Shown here in pieces: positions 41,752-51,391 of a DNA stretch of 64,000 bases. Position numbers and translations under genes: made by a program. Each line of letters opens with the position of its first letter. The stretch's first letter is position 1. Source of the stretch: an uncultured Verrucomicrobiae bacterium (GTDB taxonomy: Bacteria > Verrucomicrobiota > Verrucomicrobiia > Chthoniobacterales > JAATET01); the NCBI GenBank assembly GCA_963719495.1, contig CAVRCI010000002.1:544001-608000 (forward strand), given 5' to 3'. The notes under the pieces were generated by a model that made no database searches, was not told the origin of the DNA, and saw only the letters and a program-made list of their open reading frames with translations.

Positions 41752-43095
41752 AGAACGGACCCCGGTATCGTGATCGGGACCGAGGTGATACCTTGCGCGA
41801 GGGCAGTGTCTACAAGGTCGCCGTTTGCATTGTAACGATACTCCGTGACGTTTTGGGGCTGGGTGAAAGTCATTGTTTCCGTCCGCGACGGGTTCAGGTC
41901 GGTCTTCGTCGCTTGATCCCAGTTGTCCGCGTCGAGCCAGACGAGAAGGTAGAAGTCGCCGTTGCTTTTTTGCGACAGGAGCTGCTCGATTTTGCGACCA
42001 TCGCCAATCTGGGTGGCGGGAAGCGAATAATCCAGAGCGCCCGGATTGAAGTTTGGAGCCGACCAGGACTTGCTCGAGGTGTTCCAAACGGCCTCGCTGA
42101 GAAGAGAGATCATGTTTTTCACTGCGACGAAGGCCGGTTTGCGGGACCCGTCGAAGCGGAGGATGCCCCAGTTCCCATTCTCGTCGCTGGGCGTGGCGGA
42201 TTCGTCCATCAGCTGGTGCAGGTAGACCTTCGTGCTCGTTGCGAAGCCGGTGGCAAAGAGCTGCGTCGTCCACTTCATCTGGGCAAGCTCCGAGCAGCCA
42301 ATGCCGCCGGTCATCGTGTTGTAGCCGCATTCTGTGAGGTAAGTCGAAATCGGGCCCCCGTTCGTCGCCGGCCCGTACTTCGAGGTGGTGAAATATTTTC
42401 CCATGGACCCCAGAGCCCGAGCATCTTCATGCCGAAATCGTCGGAGAGGCTCTGGTAGCGGGATGCGTAAGTCGCATCGTCCACAAATTGGAGTCCATCG
42501 CGGTAATGGCGGATACGCAGCTCGCCCAGCCGGGATTTCACCGTCGCCCACGTGTTTTTGTAGACGCTTCGGTTGAGCTTGATGTTGATGCCCATCGACT
42601 CGACAAGATCATCGGAGCGTTTAGCCGTGGTGGGTGCTGAGAGGAGCACTCCGGTCAAGATCGCGAAGAGGGCGATTCCGATCCACGGTTTTTTCAATCG
42701 ATAGCGAGTGGGAATCGAGGGGCTGAAATCAATCTTGGGGGTGGATTCAAGGGCATATGGTTTCATATTCATTGGGGGGATGGGTTGGTTGGGATGGGCT
42801 GCGGTGCGCGGCCCGTTGCCAGAGTCGGGGGAGGTGGCGCCTCGGAGCGGGGCCGGACGAGATCAAAATTCTGAATGGCGGCTCATCAATCAACGGCCGG
42901 ACTTGGGTTCCGAGGGAGGTCTGGCTGCGGGCGAAGCGCGAGCGAAAGTCCCGGGCATTGAGGTTGACCAAGGCCCGATCTGCGAGGCTGCCCCCTCGAC
43001 CCCGGAGTGGCGGTGCGGAGCAGTTGGTACTCGAAAACCTCACGCTGGGATTGCCTGATCTCGGCGAAGCAGCGGGTCGAGACCCGTCGATGAAT

Positions 43096-44022
43096 CTACA
43101 ATGCGGAGGTCCGGTCGCCAATCTGGCGGAGCCGACGAACGACCACGAGCAGAGCGAGTCCCCGATGACCATCAACGCGGTCACGCTGGGGGCTCCGGGA
43201 TTGCGGTGAGAGCGAGGCTGTGATTGTTAATCTGCTTGGCGCTAAGGCGCCATCAAAGAAGGCGACCTCGTCGAGGGTGATGTTGCTGAAAGCGTTGGTC
43301 ACGCCGGGGAGATTATTCGCGCCGATCTGCTTCGGGCTCGTGAAGTTCGAGAAAGTGGTGGCCTTGCCCAGCGTCCCGCCGGAATTGAAGGAGAGCGTCC
43401 GGGCCGCACCGTCGCTGTAACCGAGAACCTGGGTGGCATCCGTCGCTCCGGCCGACGAATACGTGAACGCGATCTGATGGTAATTGCCGTTGAACAGGCT
43501 GGTATCGGTAATGGTAGCCTCCCTTTGGCGGTTGCCGCTATCTCGGATGAACAAGGTAATTTTCCCGGTCGCCCCTTCGAGGCTGATACGGAGTGCGGTC
43601 TGGTCCGGCGAATCATTGAAAGTCCCCAAGGCCGCCCCGGTTGAACTGGTGCTGCCCCGGAAGACAAATTCGTAGGTTGATCCGTCGAGAATGCTGCCGA
43701 AGGAATTGAAGCCGCTCGGCGCCTGCACGTAGGAGTTCGTGCCGTTGAAGCTCACGGCAGTGTCGCTCGGAGCGCTATTGCTGTAACCCGCTTGTCCGAG
43801 AGACACGCCGCCAACGTAAGCGCCGGCGAGTGAATTGCCAGAAACGTCCGAAGCAGTCGTGCCACTCGCTTCGCCCAAGTGGTAGTAGAGGCTGGGCCCG
43901 TCGTTGATCAATGCAGTCTGGTAGGTGGTCGGAGCCGCCATCGCGAGCGTGGAGATGAGAAGGAATCCGAGACCGCCAAGGGTTCGGGTGAAAAATAACG
44001 ACTGAGGAGAAGGTGTTTTTAT
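43096..44022 (-). pseudogene. LamG-domain PEP-CTERM protein with frameshifted C-terminus and uncertain start
   Basis: Signal-like LGGLGFLLISTLAMA and LamG (YYHLGE..., LDEVAFF). Alternative frames at 43250-43120 spell AKQINNHSLALTAIPEP.SVTALMVIG.LALLVVVRRLR. Confidence 0.7.
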
Positions 44023-44101
44023 CGCCGGGAACCATGCGCTCGCTTCAAGTCGACGACAGGGCGTGAAACATGCACGTCGTTGCGCCAAGCTCAATCGGAC
44101 C

Positions 44102-44215
44102 ATGGAGAATCCGAGCGGACGGAGCGTCACAATGCGGGACATCGCGCAAACGGCAGGAGTGCACCCTTCGACGGTCTCGCGCGCATTGCGCGACGACCCC
44201 GCCCTCCCGCGTGAC
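44102..44215 (+). pseudogene. LacI-family regulator, N-terminal HTH only
   Basis: VTMRDIAQTAGVHPSTVSRALRDDP. Similarity ends abruptly at ~44215. Confidence 0.8.
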
Positions 44216-44217
44216 CG

Positions 44218-44687
44218 CTGTCGTGCAAACCAGCTCGACGCTCATTTTGCGGCGGAGATTTTGGGTGAAAAACGCCGGGGTCGTCAGCGCGGCGGATGCT
44301 CGGTCGTAAATTGATCGGGCCGTTTTGGGGCTGAGTAGCTCGCTGATTCAGAAATATCGCCGCAGCTCAAGGTGGGTCCAGTGGTAAGGGGGCTGCGAAT
44401 CGTGAACGGAACGGTCTCAGCCCACTTCTCGAATTTCGGAAGATTGTCGAAGTCGCCGGTGCGGAAGCGTTCGTCGACGCCGTTTGCCCGCATTGCCCGC
44501 CATTTGTAGTGATCGCCTGCGAGCCAGGTAGCGGAGGGATTGGCGAATCGGCGGTCGTTCGCAATGTCTTTGGCGGACAGGTGGCAGTGAAAATCAATGA
44601 GTGGATGCTTCGACGTAAAACCGTGATAGAGGAGTCGCGAAGTTTCGGATTCGAGGAAGAAATTTTCGTCGAGGACTAATCCGCCAT
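44218..44687 (-). pseudogene. uxaC: Glucuronate isomerase 5' fragment
   Basis: LDENFFLESETSRLLYH...IDFHCHL...WLAGDHYKWRAMRANGVDE...KWAETVP...(frameshift)HWTHLELRRYF*...VELVCTT. Truncated after VCTT. Confidence 0.88.
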
Positions 44688-44771
44688 TGGAGGCGTCGGA
44701 AGGGAAGTCGAAAAGTGAACGGCGGAAGTGAGCCTACTCGACTCATTGGAGATCGCCGTAAAGTTATGTAA

Positions 44772-45458
44772 TCAAGTCGTTAACGTTTTCGCCGAAAGAA
44801 TGCTTTCAGTTGAGATGCTCGGGCGAAGAAGCCCGACGAGACATCCGGCGATGAAGGTGCCCTGTGCTTCGCGGACGGTGTTGCGAAAATGCACGTGGTC
44901 GCAGTACATCTCCTCGTCGTCTCCTCGATTACGGGTGAATGCGAAGAGGTCGATCACCGGGACGTTTGCCTCGGCCATCGCGGTGTCGGCGCAAGTGTTG
45001 AAGGTGTCGACGTCCACGCAGAAGCGATGAAACGTCGCGTTTGGTCGGTTGTGGATGACTTCCGACACGGGCGTTGTTCGCACCCACACGAGACTGGTTT
45101 TTTGCTCCCGGCAAAGCCCGACGATCTGCTCGAGGTTGCGACGGTATTCGTCGAGTGGCACCTGTAGCGTCTTCGAGCCGAGTTCCCGTTTGATGTCGTG
45201 GAGTCCGCAATTGAGAAGCAGGACCGTTGGAGAGAAGTCGCCCGTGGCGAATCGCGCTTCGAGATAGGCCAGCGTTCGCCGCGAATCTCCGGCGTTGGCT
45301 CCCATCGGGTCATCCAGATTGAGGAGAGCTTCCGATTGCCCGCTCTTGCGGTCGTAGCGGCAGAATCCTCGCAGCGCTCTTTCGAGGGCCGACCCATAGT
45401 GGATGGAGATGCTGTCGCCGACGACGTAGATCAATGGCTGATCGGGATGCTGGCTCAT
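44772..45458 (-). CDS. SGNH/GDSL hydrolase
   Basis: VVGDSIS, NCGLHD, DHVHF. Confidence 0.9.
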   Translation of the reverse strand: MSQHPDQPLIYVVGDSISIHYGSALERALRGFCRYDRKSGQSEALLNLDDPMGANAGDSRRTLAYLEARFATGDFSPTVLLLNCGLHDIKRELGSKTLQVPLDEYRRNLEQIVGLCREQKTSLVWVRTTPVSEVIHNRPNATFHRFCVDVDTFNTCADTAMAEANVPVIDLFAFTRNRGDDEEMYCDHVHFRNTVREAQGTFIAGCLVGLLRPSISTESILSAKTLTT

Positions 45459-46891
45459 CTTTTATTCGCAGGTTCGATGCGTTTGATTTGAGGATCGGAA
45501 ATGGTCGGCAAAGCTTGCGGGGCGAAGACGGGGAGTGCGAGGCCGCGGGCGTCGGTGATGTTGCAGACGGGAGTGCAGCCGTAGCCGTAGGCGATCCGCG
45601 CGCCGGTGATCGTCGACGCCGTGTGGAGGCGGACCGTGCGACCGCGCAGAGTCGTGCGTCGGATCAGGGGAAGCTCTACGCCGTCGGAATCAATGACGGC
45701 GAACCCGTTGGGTTCGCCGGGCGCGGTGAGCGGGGGAATGGCGTGGCGGTAGGTGACGTCGATGACGAGGTGGGTGGGGCTGGCGGGGTCGGGAGCAAAC
45801 GATTTGGAGATGCGGTGAAGCGTTGGGGGCGGTGGGAGTCGGCGGGGGTTGGTTGTCAAGCGGGTGGCTTGGTCGGCGAGACGGTGGGCAAGCGTCGCGT
45901 GGGCGTCGGCGGCGAGGTGGATTTCGTCTTCGAGCGGGAGGTCGATCGCGGAGATCATTGCGAGGTCTGGAATGCGGTCGGGCAGCAGGCGCTGCTGGTC
46001 CTGAACGGAATTCCAACTGCTGATCTCGTCGGGGTCTCGGCGTCCGAAGCGCCGGGCAAGCTGGACCATGATCCACGGGAGACGCGGCTGGGCGAGGTCT
46101 CGGCGGAGCGAGGTGACGAGGCACCCCATACGAGTGGTGTAGGCGGGCGCGTCGTCGGGAGTTGCGTCGCTTTCTCCCTGATACCAGAGCACGCCGGCGA
46201 CGGGCTGGGCGGTGGCCTGGACGCTTTGGAGCATTGATCCGTACATCGAAGTCTCGCCGTCGATGAGGGGTTCGGGAGTCCATTGAGTGAGGCTGGTTCC
46301 GGCATGGGCGCAGCACACGAGCCCCTGGGGGACGCCCGTTCTCTCGAGCATCTCGCGGGCGAAGAAGAGCCCCGGGCCGGTGCCGATGACCGCTTGGCGG
46401 CGGCGGGTCCGGCTTTCCGCGGCGGAACATTGGGTCCCCCCGTGGTGGCAGACGTCGGGCGACTCGGCGAGGAGGTGCATGGGCTCGACGGCCCGGGTCC
46501 ATTCCCGCCGCATAGTGAACGCCCGAATCCGGGGATGGGGCGGGGCCGCGCCTGCAAGTAAGCCCCATCCTTCCATGTTGCTCTGTCCGGCGAGGATCCA
46601 GACTTCACCAACGAAGAAGCCGCGGACGGTGACGGTAGACGAGCCGTTCTCGAGACGAAGGTCGTAGGGTCCGCCGGTGGAAATCGGGTCGAGCCGAATA
46701 CTTGGATCAGCCGCGGGGCTCGCGAACGTCCAGGATTGCAAAACGGCGTGGCCGTCGAAAAGAGTTGCGATCAGCGAGCTAGAGGCGTCGATTCCGGTAA
46801 AATGAAGTTCGACCGAGGCTTCGCCCTGGCTGTCGCGCTGCAGCACTTGGCCATTGGCTAGACCGGCGTGGAGACGAAGACTGAGGGACAC
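45455..46891 (-). CDS. Sialate O-acetylesterase (SASA)-family carbohydrate esterase
   Basis: VGEVWILAGQSNMEG, LWYQGESD, DEIH. GTG start placed just after the upstream stop. Confidence 0.88.
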   Translation of the reverse strand: MSLSLRLHAGLANGQVLQRDSQGEASVELHFTGIDASSSLIATLFDGHAVLQSWTFASPAADPSIRLDPISTGGPYDLRLENGSSTVTVRGFFVGEVWILAGQSNMEGWGLLAGAAPPHPRIRAFTMRREWTRAVEPMHLLAESPDVCHHGGTQCSAAESRTRRRQAVIGTGPGLFFAREMLERTGVPQGLVCCAHAGTSLTQWTPEPLIDGETSMYGSMLQSVQATAQPVAGVLWYQGESDATPDDAPAYTTRMGCLVTSLRRDLAQPRLPWIMVQLARRFGRRDPDEISSWNSVQDQQRLLPDRIPDLAMISAIDLPLEDEIHLAADAHATLAHRLADQATRLTTNPRRLPPPPTLHRISKSFAPDPASPTHLVIDVTYRHAIPPLTAPGEPNGFAVIDSDGVELPLIRRTTLRGRTVRLHTASTITGARIAYGYGCTPVCNITDARGLALPVFAPQALPTISDPQIKRIEPANKR

Positions 46892-46892
46892 T

Positions 46893-49800
46893 TCAGTCGC
46901 GCGGGATCTGGAGCCATAGTTCGGTCGGTCCCTGCCAATCATTGCGGAGCGTGAGGGTCTGTTTGTAGAGGTCGTCGTCGCGGTCAAGTATCCGCAAGTT
47001 CACCGCGGCGGGGCCGTCGGTAGCGGATCGGTCGAAGCTGATGCGGTAAACGGTCTCGCCGTCACCGCGTCGCGCGTCGGCTCGGAATCCAGCGGGAAGG
47101 CCGCCGGGCGAATCGACCTTCATCCCGTCGGGTTCGATGGCGAGGGTGACGATTTTCGCGGGATCATCCACAGCGATCTGGATGGCGTCGGACTCGGCCA
47201 AGTTTTCGTCTTCGACGGAATGGCGGTCGTCGCGGACGCGGACGACGAGGCCGATGGTGGTGTCGTCGGTGGCAACCCAGAGCTTGGCCGAAAGGTCGTC
47301 GTCGCCGCCAAACCAGCGGTCGGAATCGGGGAAAGCTTCGTGGAAATTTTGTAACCGAATCGGGTTGAACGCGACGGTGGGATCGGTGGAACCCCACCGA
47401 TCGAATGGCACGTCCCAAAAGGATTCCTGTAGTGCGATGAAGGCTGGGAGTATCTCCAAGGCGGTGTCTGCTTTTGCGATGATCTGATCACCTTTTTGCA
47501 AAGTTGCCTCGATTCGCGCGGAGCCAGAGGCACCCGTGCTTTGCGCAGCAAGCAACTCGTCTGGTCCTCCCGTAAGCAGCTTCCATCCGTCCATGCCGGA
47601 AAGCACAAGGAATGCGATGCGGTTCTGTCCCGATTTCAATTTGATCTCGAAGGGGTGATCAGTGAGTGCGTAACCCGCGGTGTTACCACCTTCCATCGTG
47701 CTGTAGACTTCGGACCCGTCTACAAAAACTTGCATCCACCAATCAGCGGAAGAACCCACGCGGATGGTCTGATCTCGGGGACTATCGATCACGGCAGTGG
47801 CAACCGCGGCTTCCCGTTCGCCTCGCTCGTCGAAGAGCGGGGCAAAGTTGAGGACCTGATCGCGGAGGACCATCCGGCGACCCGCGATTGTTTGATCGTT
47901 TGCCGACGGCAGAGTCGTTGGGGCATCGGCGGCTTTGGTGATCGCGGCGAGGTCGACGCGCTCGGGATCGACACCCAAATAGACCTGCCATTGAACTGGC
48001 CACTCGATGCGCGCTTCCGGCGGAGCAACGGTGAGCGCGATGGCTTCCGTCGACTCGCTGGCCGCGGGGACGTTGACGGAGATCTCACTGCGGTCCAGCG
48101 AGACGCTATCCGTTCCGGAGGTGGTCAGGACGAGTGTGCCCGTGAGCGGGCTGGTGCCGGAATTCACGAGACGGGCAGTGAGGCGGTTGTCGGCTCCGGT
48201 GTTGACCTGAAGGCGGGAGGGGAGTTCGAGGACCGACGGCTTGGTTTTCAGCCCCGGAAGTTTGGCGGGGGACTGCCACTTCAAAAAGACCGGGTCGCTG
48301 CCGACGGTGACCGCCGCGGTGGTGGCGTCGATCATGGGAGCGGGCTGGGTATCCCCCATCATGTCGACGATCCGGGCATCGGCGGCGCCGGGTCCGAGGT
48401 CGACGTTCTGTGTCGTGATCGCTTCGTCTCCCGTCCAGAAGACGGCGGCTTTGCCGGGGCCGCTCGGTTGTTGAAAAAAGAAGCCCGTGCTGCCCGGGTG
48501 GGTGAGTTCGACGGGGGCGACGAAGCGGTGGTGACGGAGCGTGGCCACCATGGTGCGGTAGGCCAGAATGGACGGGCGGGGTTCGCTCACGTTCTGCGTC
48601 ATCGTGTAGTGCTTGTCCCCGTCGTCCATGCGGAGTCGGAAGTAGAAAAACGCGGGCATGCCGACGGATTGGGCGTAAGCCAATTTCTCGATTACGGTGC
48701 GAGCCTGTTCCCATTCCTGCGCTGGGTTCGAGGCAGCGACGCCGGATTCCGTGTCGACGAGGGGCCGCATCACTTGATCCGCCTCCTTGATCGCTTGGAG
48801 CATTCGCTCGTAGCCCTCGCGCTCGGCTCGAATCCCGGGGCCGTGAGCGTGGTAGGCCCACGCGTCGATCTTGTTGGGATTGATCGCCCGAATGATTTCT
48901 TCGGAGCGCTTCCTGCCGTCCTCCATGTGAAATGACAGGCCGCCATTCATGACGACGGCGGCAGGATTGCCGCGTTTGATCGCGTCGTAGTAGGTTTCGT
49001 AATCTTCGACGTAGGCACTGGTCGGACCGTCGTAGAAAAATCGAAGGTCGGGTTCATTGCCGATCTCGTAAAAGGTGATGCGGTCCTTGAACTTGGCGGA
49101 CATGCGTTCCAAATCCCCGGCCACTTTCGCAGTCTGGTCTCGACGCTGGTCGGGATCAGAATTCCAAGCGGGGGTAACCATCACCATTGCCTGGAGATTT
49201 TTCTCTCCAAGTTTGGCGAGGTCGGCTTCGATCGTGCCAAGTTGATGGGGAGCGCGTCCGAGGTCCCGGATGATGTCGGCGCCCATGAAATCGGCCCATT
49301 CCAGGTGAGCGGGTTCCGCCGTGGCCTTGCCGTAGATCACATCGAGGCCGTATAAAAAGTCGCCGGCAGCGACCGGAGCGATTGGATTCAAGTCGGAGAT
49401 GGCGAATGTCGTCGAGCGATCCACCAAGGGCGTGTCACTTCCCACGCGGGTGCCGCGGAAGATGAGTCGATAGATGCCGTGGGCGAGACCTTTCCCTTCA
49501 AAGCTGACGGGGACTCCAATTTTGCTGGTGCCCGGGACCTCTAATTCTCCTTCGCGGGTCCAAATCTCGCGACCGTCGAAGGCCTCTAGCCGGACCGAGT
49601 ATTGGACGGTCGTCGGGACTTTCGCGAGATTCTCGAACCGGTAGTCGAAAGTCGCCGATTCCTCGGGTGCGTAGACAAAAATGTTCTTCGCGGTCTCGAT
49701 GCCTCGGAACCGAAAAAGGCGGTTCCAATCGACGTCACCGGTGCGGGGAACAGCGCGCACCCAGAACGCACGGATGGCCGCATCGTTGGCGTAGGTGTTG

Positions 49801-50606
49801 ACTCGAAAATCATGGCCGTCGACCGGGAATTTTGCCGGGTCGCCGCCGTGGTCCCGCGCACCGAGGAAGGCGTTGTCGATGGACTTGTCGAGGAGTCGCC
49901 ATTTTTCGCTGCGGCCCCACTCGGTATCGACCTTTTTTCCGCCATCGACCGTGTCGACGTTGAGTTCGACGCCGGTGTCGAACGGCTGGCGGAAGACGGT
50001 CGAAACGTCGATCACGGGGAAGTTGCCGTTCCGGAGGCTGGCGTCGGTGAGATTGACGAAGAGCGAACGCGCCCAGGGTTGTTCTGCCGAATCCTGCCGG
50101 AGGATGATCGCGCCGGTGGCGTGGTCGCCGACGCGGACACCCTTGATGATGGAATTTTGGGACGAAAACTCCAGACCACGCGCGATATTCGGTTTGTCGA
50201 AGACGACGAAGCGGTCGTTGGGTCCAGCTAGGGCGAAGGGAACGCGGATCGGCTTGGACGCTTCGCCCGGCTGCTCGATTTGAAGAACGACGTCGTAGGC
50301 GCCATAGGGCCAATCGGCGGTGGGGATCTCGATATTGAGGAGGGTCTCTCCATTCCGCAAAGACATGGAGCCTTCCTGTGTGTGCACGACCTTGCCAACC
50401 CAGTTGACCGTCTTCGCTGTCCACTGGGTTTCGCCGGACTTGGTGGTGCTGACGTTCAGTCGCAGAGGAAGTTTGGCATTGGCGCCGAGCGGGATCACGC
50501 CCTGCTCAGGTGTCGGCCAATCAACTCGGTTCAACTCGATGTCGGCGGCTGACGCCAGAGTGGAGCACGTCAGGAATAGGGCAGCGAATAAGGTGATGGG
50601 TCTCAT
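46893..50606 (-). CDS. Large secreted clan GH-A glycoside hydrolase (GH39-like) with accessory and C-terminal CBM9-like domains
   Basis: Signal peptide, YEIGNEPD (acid/base), AYHAH, VDTESG (nucleophile), and C-terminal DLSAKLWVATD...VRVRDD. Confidence 0.8.
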   Translation of the reverse strand: MRPITLFAALFLTCSTLASAADIELNRVDWPTPEQGVIPLGANAKLPLRLNVSTTKSGETQWTAKTVNWVGKVVHTQEGSMSLRNGETLLNIEIPTADWPYGAYDVVLQIEQPGEASKPIRVPFALAGPNDRFVVFDKPNIARGLEFSSQNSIIKGVRVGDHATGAIILRQDSAEQPWARSLFVNLTDASLRNGNFPVIDVSTVFRQPFDTGVELNVDTVDGGKKVDTEWGRSEKWRLLDKSIDNAFLGARDHGGDPAKFPVDGHDFRVNTYANDAAIRAFWVRAVPRTGDVDWNRLFRFRGIETAKNIFVYAPEESATFDYRFENLAKVPTTVQYSVRLEAFDGREIWTREGELEVPGTSKIGVPVSFEGKGLAHGIYRLIFRGTRVGSDTPLVDRSTTFAISDLNPIAPVAAGDFLYGLDVIYGKATAEPAHLEWADFMGADIIRDLGRAPHQLGTIEADLAKLGEKNLQAMVMVTPAWNSDPDQRRDQTAKVAGDLERMSAKFKDRITFYEIGNEPDLRFFYDGPTSAYVEDYETYYDAIKRGNPAAVVMNGGLSFHMEDGRKRSEEIIRAINPNKIDAWAYHAHGPGIRAEREGYERMLQAIKEADQVMRPLVDTESGVAASNPAQEWEQARTVIEKLAYAQSVGMPAFFYFRLRMDDGDKHYTMTQNVSEPRPSILAYRTMVATLRHHRFVAPVELTHPGSTGFFFQQPSGPGKAAVFWTGDEAITTQNVDLGPGAADARIVDMMGDTQPAPMIDATTAAVTVGSDPVFLKWQSPAKLPGLKTKPSVLELPSRLQVNTGADNRLTARLVNSGTSPLTGTLVLTTSGTDSVSLDRSEISVNVPAASESTEAIALTVAPPEARIEWPVQWQVYLGVDPERVDLAAITKAADAPTTLPSANDQTIAGRRMVLRDQVLNFAPLFDERGEREAAVATAVIDSPRDQTIRVGSSADWWMQVFVDGSEVYSTMEGGNTAGYALTDHPFEIKLKSGQNRIAFLVLSGMDGWKLLTGGPDELLAAQSTGASGSARIEATLQKGDQIIAKADTALEILPAFIALQESFWDVPFDRWGSTDPTVAFNPIRLQNFHEAFPDSDRWFGGDDDLSAKLWVATDDTTIGLVVRVRDDRHSVEDENLAESDAIQIAVDDPAKIVTLAIEPDGMKVDSPGGLPAGFRADARRGDGETVYRISFDRSATDGPAAVNLRILDRDDDLYKQTLTLRNDWQGPTELWLQIPRD

Positions 50607-50707
50607 AAAAGTGCGGGCAGGAGGGCGATTGATTCACCCAACTGGCCGAGCGAGTAGGGTCAAAACGACGATTAGTCAGCGTCAGCTTGCCGGGCTTGTC
50701 CGAAGGA

Positions 50708-51391
50708 TTAATTGCCCTTGGCGGCTGGACGTTCCTTCCAGAGCCGAAGGCGCTCTTGGAACTCGGGTGGAAGGGTAAGTTGGCCGGAATAGGTGCTGAA
50801 GCGGTAGTTGTAGGTCGTCTGAATACTTCCGTTTTCGATGACTCGCACCGGCAGTCGGGTCCGCGCGTCGATCCACACCAGCGTTTTCTGCGGATCGTGA
50901 TCGTCGGGATTTGCCGTCTCCATCGGGACGGCGGCTCTGGTGCATTCGTGGTAGTGGCATTTGACGCCGCCGACGGGTTCAGTCCGGATAAACGTGTCGG
51001 GACCCAATTTCGGAATGTCGAAGGCAGGGATGGCGGATTCAGCTGGACGGGAAATCAGATAACCAGTCGGCCATTCGGATCGTCTCTCCATGACCAAGTC
51101 GTCCGCGATCCACGTCGTCAGCGTCTCTCCACTGGGATCAGTCCGCTTCATGTGGACCAGTCCACCGGATTTCTCGACGAGGATCTCTTTGCCAGCGGTG
51201 TCGGCGGTTGAGGCCTGGGGACTGTCAGGTGGGTATTCGACCTTTACCGTCCACTGACTCGGGTCAGGGGCGTCTTGAATGAACGGAGGGGCGGGGGCGG
51301 CTTCGTCGTCCGCGACTGCATTGCTCGCGAGGAGCGTAAATTGGGCAAACGTGAGAAACGCTGCCGGGGCGAAGCGAACGAATTTATTCAT
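50708..51391 (-). CDS. Hypothetical secreted protein
   Basis: Signal peptide and VWIDARTRLPVR (reminiscent of the LolA-like fold). Overlaps the upstream stop. Confidence 0.7.
   Translation of the reverse strand: MNKFVRFAPAAFLTFAQFTLLASNAVADDEAAPAPPFIQDAPDPSQWTVKVEYPPDSPQASTADTAGKEILVEKSGGLVHMKRTDPSGETLTTWIADDLVMERRSEWPTGYLISRPAESAIPAFDIPKLGPDTFIRTEPVGGVKCHYHECTRAAVPMETANPDDHDPQKTLVWIDARTRLPVRVIENGSIQTTYNYRFSTYSGQLTLPPEFQERLRLWKERPAAKGN

Larger units (their letters stand above)
38466..42772 (-). pseudogene. Secreted multidomain clan GH-A-like hydrolase (GH + CBM-like + LamG + C-terminal domain), disrupted by IS4 and by a frameshift/deletion near 42385
   Basis: Signal peptide and RHYRDGL in 42311-42772, then LTECGY and WGILRFDGSRKPA in 41724-42551. 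Removing the IS and one TSD gives in-frame ITIPGSVLFIKIRKAG...EAEN...AMSGGKGL, joining ORF 38466-39992 (LamG: QWNHVAV, GGIDDLQIF). Confidence 0.85.

Noticed and set aside
42747..43209. ORFs between the GH pseudogene and the PEP-CTERM gene
   Set aside because: No motifs. They are partly explained by the frameshifted PEP-CTERM tail and are likely intergenic.
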